A stretch of DNA of 64,000 nt from an uncultured Candidatus Poseidoniales archaeon (GTDB lineage Archaea > Thermoplasmatota > Poseidoniia > Poseidoniales > Thalassarchaeaceae). The DNA lies in NCBI GenBank assembly GCA_964342465.1, contig CAYFFQ010000002.1, positions 62,557 through 126,556 on the forward strand. Direction: 5' to 3'. The notes under the pieces are model-generated. The model had not been told where the DNA came from, ran no database searches, and was given only the letters and a program-made list of their open reading frames with translations. Positions 36,795 to 45,826 of the stretch are shown here, in pieces. The position numbers and the translations under genes were made by a program. The first letter of the stretch is position 1. Every line of letters starts with the position of its first letter.

Positions 36795-38819
36795 TCATTC
36801 GTCAAAACACCTGTCCACTACTGATTCGTCAGCGGTCTGCGGCAAGGTAATGGTCAGATTTTCATGTATCTCCATCGCTCGTCTCGCGGCCTTCAATGCG
36901 CCGGAATTCCTACCCCAAGCCCTTCTTGCTATGCCGTTGTTGACATCCCAATTCAACATTGATTCCAATCTCCTATCAGCATCATCACTGCCGTCGAGAA
37001 GTAGGCCGAAACCCCCGTTGATGACCTCCCCCCACCCGACACCACCACCGTTGTGCAGGCTGACCCAAGTAGCCCCTCGAAACGAATCACCTACGAAATT
37101 GTGAACAGACATGTCTGCGGTGAACATCGAGCCGTCTGAAATGTTGGCTGTTTCTCGATAGGGTGAGTCGGTGCCGGAGACATCATGGTGGTCCCTCCCA
37201 ATAACAATCGGTGCTGAAATCTCGCCGTCGCTGATGGCCTGATTGAATGCTCGAGCGATTGCACGCCTCCCTCTTTCATCCGCATATAGAATGCGAGCCT
37301 GACTTCCCACTACCAAGTTGTTTTTTCCCGCCTCATCAATCCAACGAGTATTATCCAACATCTGCTGCTTGATGTCCTCGGGACTATCTTCTGCCAATTG
37401 CTGTAATACTGCGGAGGCGATATCATCGCTGCGGCGAAGGTCTTCGCTTTCACCGGAAGTACAGACCCACCGGAAAGGGCCGAAACCGTGGTCGAAGCAA
37501 ATAGGACCCATGATGTCTTCAACATAGGATGGATATCTGAAATCTCCGTTTTCTCTGAGAATATCAGCTCCCGCTCTACTCGATTCGAGAAGGAAGGCAT
37601 TGCCGTAATCCCAAAAATGCATTCCCAGAGCGGTCAGTTCATTGACCAATCGACAATGCTGTCGTAGCGACTCCTGCACCAATTTTTTGAATCTGGGTGG
37701 GTCAGAAACCATGATTTCATTCGCCTTATCGAAGGTGACCTGATAGGGATAATATCCGCCCAACCAAGGATTGTGAAGAGATGTCTGGTCGCTTCCAAGG
37801 TCGACCGCCACCTCCTTTTCCACCATTCGGGCCAACAGGGTGACGATATTACCTACATATCCGATGCTTACAGCATCTCCCCTCTCCGAGTATTCGACGA
37901 GCATATCTATGGCTGAATCACAGTCGTCGACCAGATGGTCTACCCAGCCTTGTGCATGGCGTTTTTCCGCTACCACAGGGTTGATTTCGGCAACGATACA
38001 GGATGCCCCGGCGATGACAGCCGCTTTCGCTTGAGCCCCGCTCATTCCACCCAACCCGCTGGTGACGAAGGTCACACCGGCCAATCCACTCTCTGAGTTT
38101 CTTCCGAGATACTTCCTCGCTGCATTCATCAGGGTGATGGTGGTTCCATGGACAATTCCTTGCGGGCCGATGTACATGTATGAACCAGCAGTCATCTGTC
38201 CGTATTGACTAACCCCGAGAGCGTTGAACCTCTCGTAGTTTTCCTGCGAGGAGTGATTCGGTATCACCATGCCATTGGTGACCACCACTCTTGGGGCTTC
38301 CCTGTTGGAAGGGAAGAGGCCGAGGGGATGGCCAGAATACATCACCAATGTCTGTTCTTCACTCATCTGACTGAGATATTTCATGGTCAATCGATATTGA
38401 GCCCAGTTTTGGAAGACGGCGCCATTCCCACCGTAGGTAATCAATTCGTGAGGGAATTGGGCGACTGTAGCGTCCAAATTGTTCTGAATCATCAACATGA
38501 TGGCCGCCGCCTGTTTCGATTTCGCCGGATAGGCGGCCATCGGATAGGCACGCATCTCGAATGAGGTGGGTCGAAATCTGTGCATGTAGATTCGTCCGTA
38601 CTCCCTCAACTCCTGTGTAAACTCCTCTGCGAGTGTGGCATGTTGGTGGGGGGGGAAGTATCTGAGTGCGTTGTGGACAGCCAACCGTTTCTCTTCTGCG
38701 GTGAGCACATCTGGTCGGATGGGTGCGTGAGGAACTTCCATTGAGTGTCCGGGGTGAGGGGGGAGGTTGTCTGGGATGCCCTCTTCAATAGAGGCGCGCA
38801 ACTCGTCCCACTCTTCCAT
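36795..38819 (-). CDS. hutU: Urocanate hydratase HutU (674 aa, long form)
   Basis: Urocanase homology throughout: YGGNGAVFQNW, GLGGMSGAQAKAA and the NAD-binding region. Confidence 0.9.
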   Translation of the reverse strand: MEEWDELRASIEEGIPDNLPPHPGHSMEVPHAPIRPDVLTAEEKRLAVHNALRYFPPHQHATLAEEFTQELREYGRIYMHRFRPTSFEMRAYPMAAYPAKSKQAAAIMLMIQNNLDATVAQFPHELITYGGNGAVFQNWAQYRLTMKYLSQMSEEQTLVMYSGHPLGLFPSNREAPRVVVTNGMVIPNHSSQENYERFNALGVSQYGQMTAGSYMYIGPQGIVHGTTITLMNAARKYLGRNSESGLAGVTFVTSGLGGMSGAQAKAAVIAGASCIVAEINPVVAEKRHAQGWVDHLVDDCDSAIDMLVEYSERGDAVSIGYVGNIVTLLARMVEKEVAVDLGSDQTSLHNPWLGGYYPYQVTFDKANEIMVSDPPRFKKLVQESLRQHCRLVNELTALGMHFWDYGNAFLLESSRAGADILRENGDFRYPSYVEDIMGPICFDHGFGPFRWVCTSGESEDLRRSDDIASAVLQQLAEDSPEDIKQQMLDNTRWIDEAGKNNLVVGSQARILYADERGRRAIARAFNQAISDGEISAPIVIGRDHHDVSGTDSPYRETANISDGSMFTADMSVHNFVGDSFRGATWVSLHNGGGVGWGEVINGGFGLLLDGSDDADRRLESMLNWDVNNGIARRAWGRNSGALKAARRAMEIHENLTITLPQTADESVVDRCFDE

Positions 38820-38898
38820 GTCTATCTGCTGTTGAGGGGTCGGTTTTGATTATTGTCAATGGTGTAGTCTATGGACTGATTGCGATGGCAGGGCATGT

Positions 38899-40167
38899 AT
38901 GGATGATGGGGCAGCGGAGTGGTACCTCTCCGACATGGCCAACGGAATTGAGAGGAGCATGATTCTCACTATTGCTGCTGAGGTGCGAAAGATGAAGGCC
39001 GAGGGTTGCGAAGTGGCCGCTTTCACTGTCGGTGATTTTTCGCCTCAGCATTTCGAAGTACCACGGGATTTCATCTCATTTCTTGCCGATGCGGTGGCAT
39101 CTAACGAGACAAATTATCCACCCGCAGCCGGCCTACCTGAACTGAGAGAGAGTCTTGCTGGATGGATGTCCTCACGCTATGGATATCCAGTCTCTGCTGA
39201 AGGTGTCATCGTCGGCAGCGGGGCGAGGCCTCCCCTCTATGCATCACTTCGTCTCTTCCTATCGCCCGGAGATGGCCTCGCTCATGGGGTTCCAGCATGG
39301 AACAACCACTACTATGTTCATCTGAACGATGCGGTTGACATACCTATCCGAGGTAGTCGCGAAAGCAGATTTCTCCCAACTGCTGAAGGTGTCGCAGAGC
39401 GCATTGAAGAAATCCGAGTACTGATTCTCAATTCACCTCTGAACCCGACTGGAACTTGCTTTTCAGCGGATGAGTTGGGGGCGATTTGCGATGTGATAAT
39501 CAGAGAGAATCAACTGAGGAAATCACAGGGGAAAAAGCCAGTTATTCTCATTTATGACCAAGTCTACTCAACCATGCTCGCCGCCGGGAAGGAGCATTAT
39601 CATCCTATAGTCCTCAGGCCAGAGATTGCGCCGTACACAGTGACATTGGATGCGATTTCAAAGTCCCTGACTGCTACTGGTCTGAGGCTCGGTTGGATGA
39701 CTCTACCACCACGACTGGCACCTCCCGCTGTCGCTCTGATTGGCCATCTGGGGGCTTGGCCGGCCAGACCGATTCAGTTAGCAGCCGAGCAAACATACAG
39801 CCGACCAGAATTACTCACCGATTTCTTTGCCGACCTGAATGGTCGCATTTCCGAAAGAATGGATATTCTCCTTGCACAGCTCTCGGAAATGAAAAATTCA
39901 GGCCTACCTGTTGATTATATTCCACCGGAAGGTGGAATCTACCTTTCCACCAGATTCAACCTCTTCGAAATCCTAGGTGTGACTACGAATGAAGAGGTCA
40001 GAAGATGGTTGTTGCAAGAAGCAGGTGTTGCAGTTGTGCCATTCCAGGCTTTTGGGCTTGAAGAAGAGAGTGGATGGTTCAGGGTCTCAGTCGGGGCGGT
40101 GAGCGTCCAAGAAGTGGAGGATGCCTTTATTCGTCTCCGTAAGGCTCTATGCGTTCTACAATCCTGA
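38899..40167 (+). CDS. PLP-dependent aminotransferase, class I/II (AspC family)
   Basis: LNSPLNPTG, a SKS lysine region and the overall fold I pattern. Divergent from hutU. Confidence 0.75.
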   Translation: MDDGAAEWYLSDMANGIERSMILTIAAEVRKMKAEGCEVAAFTVGDFSPQHFEVPRDFISFLADAVASNETNYPPAAGLPELRESLAGWMSSRYGYPVSAEGVIVGSGARPPLYASLRLFLSPGDGLAHGVPAWNNHYYVHLNDAVDIPIRGSRESRFLPTAEGVAERIEEIRVLILNSPLNPTGTCFSADELGAICDVIIRENQLRKSQGKKPVILIYDQVYSTMLAAGKEHYHPIVLRPEIAPYTVTLDAISKSLTATGLRLGWMTLPPRLAPPAVALIGHLGAWPARPIQLAAEQTYSRPELLTDFFADLNGRISERMDILLAQLSEMKNSGLPVDYIPPEGGIYLSTRFNLFEILGVTTNEEVRRWLLQEAGVAVVPFQAFGLEEESGWFRVSVGAVSVQEVEDAFIRLRKALCVLQS

Positions 40168-40376
40168 ACACACTCATTCAATCAGAAGGAACGGCTTCGT
40201 CACGCATCGGCTCGGATTCTCGCCTTGGCAAGAAACTCATAATCTCATACAATTTGAAGGATTTGCCGCGACAGATTGTTCGGTTGTTGATGAGGGATTT
40301 TCTCCTTTGTCAGGAGATACTGAATGAGCAGGGCCACTGAAGAGGTATAGAAAAACTTTCTTCTCAGGTCATCGAG

Positions 40377-40384
40377 AAAAAAAA
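40377..40384 (-). terminator. Oligo-T tract (T8 on the minus strand) ~25 nt downstream of the cyclodeaminase stop
   Basis: Archaeal intrinsic terminators are oligo-T runs. It lies in a convergent intergenic region. Confidence 0.3.
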
Positions 40385-40409
40385 TGTGAATGAGGATTCC
40401 CACCACACC

Positions 40410-41039
40410 TTAGGATTCGAGCCGGTCGTAGACGGTCTTCATCACTTTTCTTGACTCAGTTCTGGCAACTTCACGAATTTCCTTGACCCGCGCAAGGAGT
40501 TCTTCACCTCTCTCGCCTAGAGAATTGGCGTTGATTTCGACATTGAATAGAGCGCCTTTACAGGCAGCAGAGGCGAGAAGGGAGGCAACCGCAACATCGG
40601 TCACAGCATTTGCATTGCCTTTCTCTGCTAGGTCCGCCATAGTCAGCAGTAATTCCAATCCCGCTTCAGCAGTCATCAGGGGGACGAGTGAAGCGTGAAG
40701 TGTTGCATCTTGAATTGCCCTCTTTCGCTCAGATTTTTGCTCTTCAGTCTGTTTCGGCAACCTGAAACTCTCCATCACTGCATCAAAAGAGTCACTATCC
40801 TGCTGAGCCAAGTCAAACCCCTTCTCTACAAGAGGGGTGGCGATGGCTTTCGCTGTTCTCGCAGCTTGCCATCCCCCTTCCCACTTCTCCCTTCCGAGGG
40901 TGATATCCGAGACCATGATGACTAGACCGGCTGCTTGGGAAAGTGCCACAGCGGCCGCTGAACCCCCCCCCGGCGTCGGAGAACTTGAAGCGAGTGCTCT
41001 AGCAAACGCAATTTGGGGTATATCTGCAAAATCAGTCAT
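40410..41039 (-). CDS. Formimidoyltetrahydrofolate cyclodeaminase (stand-alone FTCD C-terminal domain)
   Basis: SSPTPGGGSAAAVALSQAAGL is the cyclodeaminase signature. Its length (209 aa) fits. Confidence 0.75.
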   Translation of the reverse strand: MTDFADIPQIAFARALASSSPTPGGGSAAAVALSQAAGLVIMVSDITLGREKWEGGWQAARTAKAIATPLVEKGFDLAQQDSDSFDAVMESFRLPKQTEEQKSERKRAIQDATLHASLVPLMTAEAGLELLLTMADLAEKGNANAVTDVAVASLLASAACKGALFNVEINANSLGERGEELLARVKEIREVARTESRKVMKTVYDRLES

Positions 41040-41122
41040 TCATCACACCTGCACCATCAGCGAGAAACCTAAGCATCCTCCACACTCGTATTTCTGCAAA
41101 ATCAGTCATTCATCACACCTGC
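41023..41122. repeat. 30-bp exact direct repeat (TCTGCAAAATCAGTCATTCATCACACCTGC) at a 70-bp period spanning the formimidoyltransferase stop and the cyclodeaminase start
   Basis: Copy 1 at 41023-41052 holds the cyclodeaminase ATG. Copy 2 at 41093-41122 holds the formimidoyltransferase ...GVMND-TGA end. Confidence 0.75.
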
Positions 41123-42136
41123 TGCATATTCAATTATCCTTTTCTTCGCATCGAACTCAGAGAGGACATTCAATTGTAATCCCTCAACAGCAGCCTCAAT
41201 CAATCCCTCTATAGATTCGTCATCACCCGAATAGAATCTGCCGGCGTTGACAATGGCGGTCAATGGAACCAATCCGACCAATTCGCCGGCAGTGACTCTC
41301 CTCCCATCCACAGCAGCCAATTCTCTAATCGCTTCAGTCACTTCAGCGAGACCAGTCTGTGAAAAGTCGAGGAGATTCATGGAAACCTGTGCAGTTGATT
41401 CATCATACATCCATCCAGCTGCCTGAAGAGCGTGAAAGCGACCACGGTTTCTCAGGACATTCCCTTCATCATCGTACATTTTTTCACCGTTCTCATCCTT
41501 TCTAATCGTACCACTCGTCCTCAATTTACCGGCGATGGAGTTGGCAAAGGACTTGTCGTCAGTATCAAGATTGACATTGTAGGCGATAAGCACAGGCCTT
41601 GCACCACTGGCAGTGACCCCGCTTTTTGAATTGAACGCAGTAGGTCCATAGTCCGGCTCCCACTGTGGGTTTGACATCTTCTCCTCCAATGCCTCGTATT
41701 CCCCGCGGCGAATGTCCGGCAGCCTGACCCTATCAGATGTCCTCGCTGCATGAGCATACAAGTAGACAGAAAGTGAATACATCTCCGCCGCCCGCTCTGC
41801 ATACGATTCAGCGAGTCTCACACACTCGTCCATAGTAACCCCAATAATCGGGATGAAGGGGACGACATCCACAGCACCCATTCTCGCATGTTCTCCACTA
41901 TGAGTGGACATATCAATTAATTCAAGAGCGGTACCCGTACCCCTCAGGGCAGCCTCGAGGACCAAATCCGGCTCGCCAATGATGGTTACAACAGTCCTGT
42001 TGAAGTCAGCACCCATGTCCACATCGAGGATTTTCACACCCTCCACTTCTAGAATAGAGTTAGTTATCCTCTCAATGATTTTCGCGTCCCTCCCCTCGGA
42101 GAAGTTGGGAACACACTCGACCAATCGCCCACTCAT
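41102..42136 (-). CDS. Glutamate formimidoyltransferase (stand-alone FTCD N-terminal domain)
   Basis: The LVECVPNFSEGRD N-terminal motif and FT-domain homology. The start is trimmed to MSGRLVECVP. The ORF-track extension overlaps PAN. Confidence 0.8.
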   Translation of the reverse strand: MSGRLVECVPNFSEGRDAKIIERITNSILEVEGVKILDVDMGADFNRTVVTIIGEPDLVLEAALRGTGTALELIDMSTHSGEHARMGAVDVVPFIPIIGVTMDECVRLAESYAERAAEMYSLSVYLYAHAARTSDRVRLPDIRRGEYEALEEKMSNPQWEPDYGPTAFNSKSGVTASGARPVLIAYNVNLDTDDKSFANSIAGKLRTSGTIRKDENGEKMYDDEGNVLRNRGRFHALQAAGWMYDESTAQVSMNLLDFSQTGLAEVTEAIRELAAVDGRRVTAGELVGLVPLTAIVNAGRFYSGDDESIEGLIEAAVEGLQLNVLSEFDAKKRIIEYAAGVMND

Positions 42137-42213
42137 ATCCACTCGGCTATGAAGGCAGATGAAATGAATTGCGCCTGCACAGGTTCGAGATACGGGTCCA
42201 TATTCAGGAGGAA

Positions 42214-43458
42214 TCAGGTCCAAAGGTCGTTTGGAGCATCGCCTTTCCTCTCGTTCTGTTTCTTGATTATTGTGGCATGAGCGTTGGCGAAGTCGGCCTT
42301 AGTCGCCTTCTTCCTCTGCTCTCGGATAGCGCACATCCCCGCCTCGACGACCAAAGCCTTCAACTCAGCACCGGAAAAACCGGAGGTGATGGTGGTGAGG
42401 TGGTTTAACGATACTCCGGCGCTCGTCGGCATTTTTCCCATGTGAATCTCGAGAATCGACCGCCTCGCTTCCTCTTTAGGTAGTGGAATATCAATGACTC
42501 TGTCAAATCTCCCAGGTCTCAGTAGAGCTTCATCTAGAATATCGGGGCGGTTGGTGGCGGCTATCAACTTGACATCGGAAAGAGGGTCGAACCCATCCAG
42601 TTCAGCTAACAACTGCATCAGAGTACGCTGCACTTCTCTATCGCCGCTGGTGGCTGAGTCCAGTCGCTTGGCTCCGATGGCGTCAATTTCATCGATGAAG
42701 ACGATTGAAGGTGCACGTTCCCGAGCGAGGTCAAACAGTTCTCGCACCATTCTTCCACCTTCGCCGATGTACTTCTGAGCGAGTTCTGAGGCGACGAGAC
42801 GGATGAAGGTGCAATTCGTTGAATTGGCGACTGCCTTTGCAAGCATCGTTTTTCCACACCCTGGTGGGCCGACCAAGATGACGCCACTTGGGGGTTCGAT
42901 GCCGAAATCTGTGAATGCTTCGGGATTCTTCAGCGGTAACTCAATGGATTCCTTCACCAGTGAAATCTGTTCATCCAATCCTCCGAGGTCGTGAAAAGTA
43001 ATGGTTGGTTTCTCGACCATTTCAGCACCCATGACCAATGGGTCCCAAGCATCGTGCAGTACATTGACTATCGAAAGGGTGTCCTGATTGAGGGCCACCC
43101 GCGCACCCGGTTTCATCAGGTCTGGGTCTATTGCGCGGTTGTATGTGACGAGAAAGACGGTGCCGTTGCTAGAGCGAACAACCGCCCTCTCCTCGTCTAG
43201 AACATCCTGAATGTTGCCGATTACATGCGGAGGCATACGAAGATTACGGACATCTTCCTCCAATCTTTTGACTTGATTCTTTTGGCGGGATACCTGATTT
43301 TCCAAATCAATACGTTCCTGCATAAGTTGTTGCGCCTGTTCCTTCAACTCCTGATATTCCATTTCGAGTTTGCGAATGGTGCTGTCTATGAGGCTGCCCG
43401 CCCTAGAGGGTGCATTGTCGTCATCCGCTGGATGGAGTGCATCTGAGTCTGAAACCAT
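42214..43458 (-). CDS. pan: Proteasome-activating nucleotidase PAN (AAA+ ATPase)
   Basis: N-terminal coiled coil, Walker A GPPGCGKT, Walker B FIDEID, and the second region of homology. Confidence 0.9.
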   Translation of the reverse strand: MVSDSDALHPADDDNAPSRAGSLIDSTIRKLEMEYQELKEQAQQLMQERIDLENQVSRQKNQVKRLEEDVRNLRMPPHVIGNIQDVLDEERAVVRSSNGTVFLVTYNRAIDPDLMKPGARVALNQDTLSIVNVLHDAWDPLVMGAEMVEKPTITFHDLGGLDEQISLVKESIELPLKNPEAFTDFGIEPPSGVILVGPPGCGKTMLAKAVANSTNCTFIRLVASELAQKYIGEGGRMVRELFDLARERAPSIVFIDEIDAIGAKRLDSATSGDREVQRTLMQLLAELDGFDPLSDVKLIAATNRPDILDEALLRPGRFDRVIDIPLPKEEARRSILEIHMGKMPTSAGVSLNHLTTITSGFSGAELKALVVEAGMCAIREQRKKATKADFANAHATIIKKQNERKGDAPNDLWT

Positions 43459-43668
43459 GCCGATTCCCAGTTGTCTTCCGCCCCCTCGTCCTCTATCAAT
43501 GTATCATAGAAGGATGATGACAGGAATCTCTTCTCATTGGTATTGTGAAGTATTCGAATGAGCAGTTTGGCAATTCAACTAAATTGTTCGGAGATTCAAG
43601 GTGGGCGATGATGGTGTCAAATGAAGATGGACTAAAATAGGGTGACACATAGCCGCTAATGAGAGAAG

Positions 43669-44190
43669 ATGGCGACATGTGAACTGTGCGGAACTGACGG
43701 CATATCTACGAGGAGTGTACAAGCACATGGCACCTTCATCGAAGCGTGTAAAAACTGTCAATCCAGCATGGGAATCAACCCTGAGAAACAGGCTGCAGTA
43801 AAGAATGTTCAACAAGCTGTTTCAAAGCAGAGGTCTGCAACATCCGGCGGATACGGCGGTTTGGGAACCGCAGGAAAGGACATCATGATGAGAGGTGAGT
43901 CTGAACTGGTTCAGGACTTTTCGACCAGAATCCGTAAGGCAAGAGAAGAGAAGGGCTGGGACCAACGCTCGCTGGCATTGAAGATGAAGGAAAAAATCAA
44001 TGTCATTCAACGGTGTGAAGCGGGGCAGAGACCTGTCGACGGTGTGGCGAAGAAATTTGAAAAGACCTTGGGGATACAGTTGTTCACCAACGCCGGCGAT
44101 ATTGAATTCAACCGCTCTGTTGGCAACAGGGATGCAAGAACGATGAATCTCGGAGACTACCTCAAAATGGCGAAGCATGGGGAGAAGTGA
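43669..44190 (+). CDS. Archaeal MBF1-like transcription factor (N-terminal zinc ribbon plus C-terminal XRE-type HTH)
   Basis: CELCG...CKNC, then WDQRSLALKMKEKINVIQRCEAG, an HTH. Confidence 0.7.
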   Translation: MATCELCGTDGISTRSVQAHGTFIEACKNCQSSMGINPEKQAAVKNVQQAVSKQRSATSGGYGGLGTAGKDIMMRGESELVQDFSTRIRKAREEKGWDQRSLALKMKEKINVIQRCEAGQRPVDGVAKKFEKTLGIQLFTNAGDIEFNRSVGNRDARTMNLGDYLKMAKHGEK

Positions 44191-44737
44191 GCTCATTCTA
44201 GACATTCCCTTGCACATCATCCACCTATCACAGGACGACCCTCGGAAGTGTACGGCGCGGAAGTTGGAGAGGCGCGGTTTGGCCATTGTCCACGGCAAAA
44301 TCAATCATGCACCCAAACGGGGAATCTTGTTGGACCCGAGTGCCGAGTTAATCTTGGGTCCTGAGGATTTGCAACTCGTAGAGCGAGGTGGTGCATTGGT
44401 TGCATTGGACTGTTCTTGGAAGAAGTGTGACACATCTTTTGAAGAGTTGAAACGCGCTTCACCTAACCTGAAGCCGAGGACTCTCCCTGTTGTATTGGCT
44501 GCGAATGAAGTATCTTGGGGAAGACCTGGAAGATTATCAACCGTCGAAGCTCTGGCTGTCAGCCTCAAACTACTTGGGCGAAATGAACAGGTTAAGACGA
44601 TCCTCTCACCATTTCGGTTCGGGGAACAGTTCCTCTCTTTGAACGCAGAACCGCTAAAAGCCTACGCACAAGCGAAATCAAATGAAGAAATAGTCCAATT
44701 ACAATGGGAATTCTTTGACCGGCCTGATGATGATTGA
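44177..44737 (+). CDS. tsr3: Tsr3 family 16S rRNA aminocarboxypropyltransferase (DUF367)
   Basis: Has the DDPRKCTARKLER motif and an SPOUT-like fold. It overlaps the MBF1 gene by 14 nt. Confidence 0.7.
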   Translation: MGRSELILDIPLHIIHLSQDDPRKCTARKLERRGLAIVHGKINHAPKRGILLDPSAELILGPEDLQLVERGGALVALDCSWKKCDTSFEELKRASPNLKPRTLPVVLAANEVSWGRPGRLSTVEALAVSLKLLGRNEQVKTILSPFRFGEQFLSLNAEPLKAYAQAKSNEEIVQLQWEFFDRPDDD

Positions 44738-44798
44738 TGCGCCGGTCTCGGTATTGCCGTCGAAGATAAATTGCTCAGCAGGGATGCTGATGTGATGA

Positions 44799-44940
44799 CC
44801 TCTCTTGTGCTCCGCGCCGGCTTCGTAGCATAGTGCTGGTCCCTTCGAGTGCTGTAGCACCTCTCTTGTGCTCCGCGCCGGCTTCGTAGCATAGGGCTGA
44901 ACCCTTTGAGTGCCGTAGCACCTCTGTCGGGCATAGCGCG
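44799..44940. repeat. Tandem array A: 2.3 x 61-bp units (CCTCTCTTGTGCTCCGCGCCGGCTTCGTAGCATAG...)
   Basis: Units at 44799-44859 and 44860-44920 (about 90% identical), with a partial third. It sits in a convergent intergenic region. Confidence 0.8.
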
Positions 44941-45165
44941 GGTTTCATCGTGGTGTGGCGGAACGCCTAGCGGTGTGAATGGAAACGGAGTTTGGGTTGC
45001 GGGCTTCATCGTGGTGTGGCGGAACGGCTAGCCGTGTGAATGGAAACGGAGTTTGGGTTGCGGGCTTCATCGTGGTGTGGCCGAACGCCTACCGGTGTGA
45101 ATGGAAACTGAGTTCGGTTAACGGGCTTCTTCGTGGTGTGGCGGAACTGGGTGGTTGTGATGTTC
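44938..45165. repeat. Tandem array B: 3.7 x 61-bp units (GCGGGCTTCATCGTGGTGTGGCGGAACGCCTAGCGGTGTGAATGGAAACGGAGTTTGGGTT), directly abutting array A
   Basis: Units start at 44938, 44999, 45060 and 45121. Units are 90-97% identical. Each contains a GGCTAGCC-like palindrome. Confidence 0.8.
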
Positions 45166-45492
45166 ACCTCCTTCATGCGTAGCAAGGGTGATGGGGGAAT
45201 CGGTTCATCCCACTCTCTTGATTGACTTCGCTCCCTGCGAGTTAATTGATGGGTCAGAGTTTAATTTCAATAGAATCGGTGAATTCAATGAATTTCCGCA
45301 CATCAATGAACAATATAGGTGAATGAAAACAACAGTAAAATTAAAACAATTATGGAAGCGATTCAGATTGGGACTATGGCGGCGATGTCCGGGATGAGAG
45401 TGGAGAGGGTATAGACCCTTCCGACAGAGGTTGCAGTCACTTCTTTCAGCAAATTGACGGGTCGAATTGCTAGATTATTCCGCGACGATGAG

Positions 45493-45822
45493 TTATCCGA
45501 ACATCTCTGACAGAATCTCAGTCGGTCTGCCGATTACTGCAACTGTTCCATCGTCAACGATGGGTCTCTCTATCAACTTGGGAAGGAAGAGCAGAAGTTC
45601 AACCACGAAGTCGACAGTGAGAACCTGTGGTTTCGGCGGGGCGTCGCCATCGTTCCACCTGATGAGTTCGTGGAGTGGTTGATGCAGTCTAGATATGATT
45701 GCTCGAATCTCACTCTCATCTAGGGGGGAGTTGAGATATTGTCGGATGTCTGGTTGCCTCTCAGCCAATAGGTCAACAGCAGCCCTGCTCTTGGAACAGC
45801 GAGGGTTATGGTAAATTTTCAA
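45493..45822 (-). CDS. ArsC/Spx-family protein (arsenate reductase-like, YffB type)
   Basis: MKIYHNPRCSKSR is the N-terminal active-site motif of the ArsC (glutaredoxin-type) family. Confidence 0.65.
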   Translation of the reverse strand: MKIYHNPRCSKSRAAVDLLAERQPDIRQYLNSPLDESEIRAIISRLHQPLHELIRWNDGDAPPKPQVLTVDFVVELLLFLPKLIERPIVDDGTVAVIGRPTEILSEMFG

Positions 45823-45826
45823 ACTC

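Noticed and set aside
40837-41214. 125-aa plus-strand ORF across the cyclodeaminase/formimidoyltransferase junction
   Set aside because: It is antisense to two well-supported genes and spans the 30-bp duplication. No family features.
45169-45492. Replication origin
   Set aside because: AT-rich with short repeats, but there is no adjacent orc1/cdc6 and no recognisable ORB elements. Kept only as a low-interest observation.
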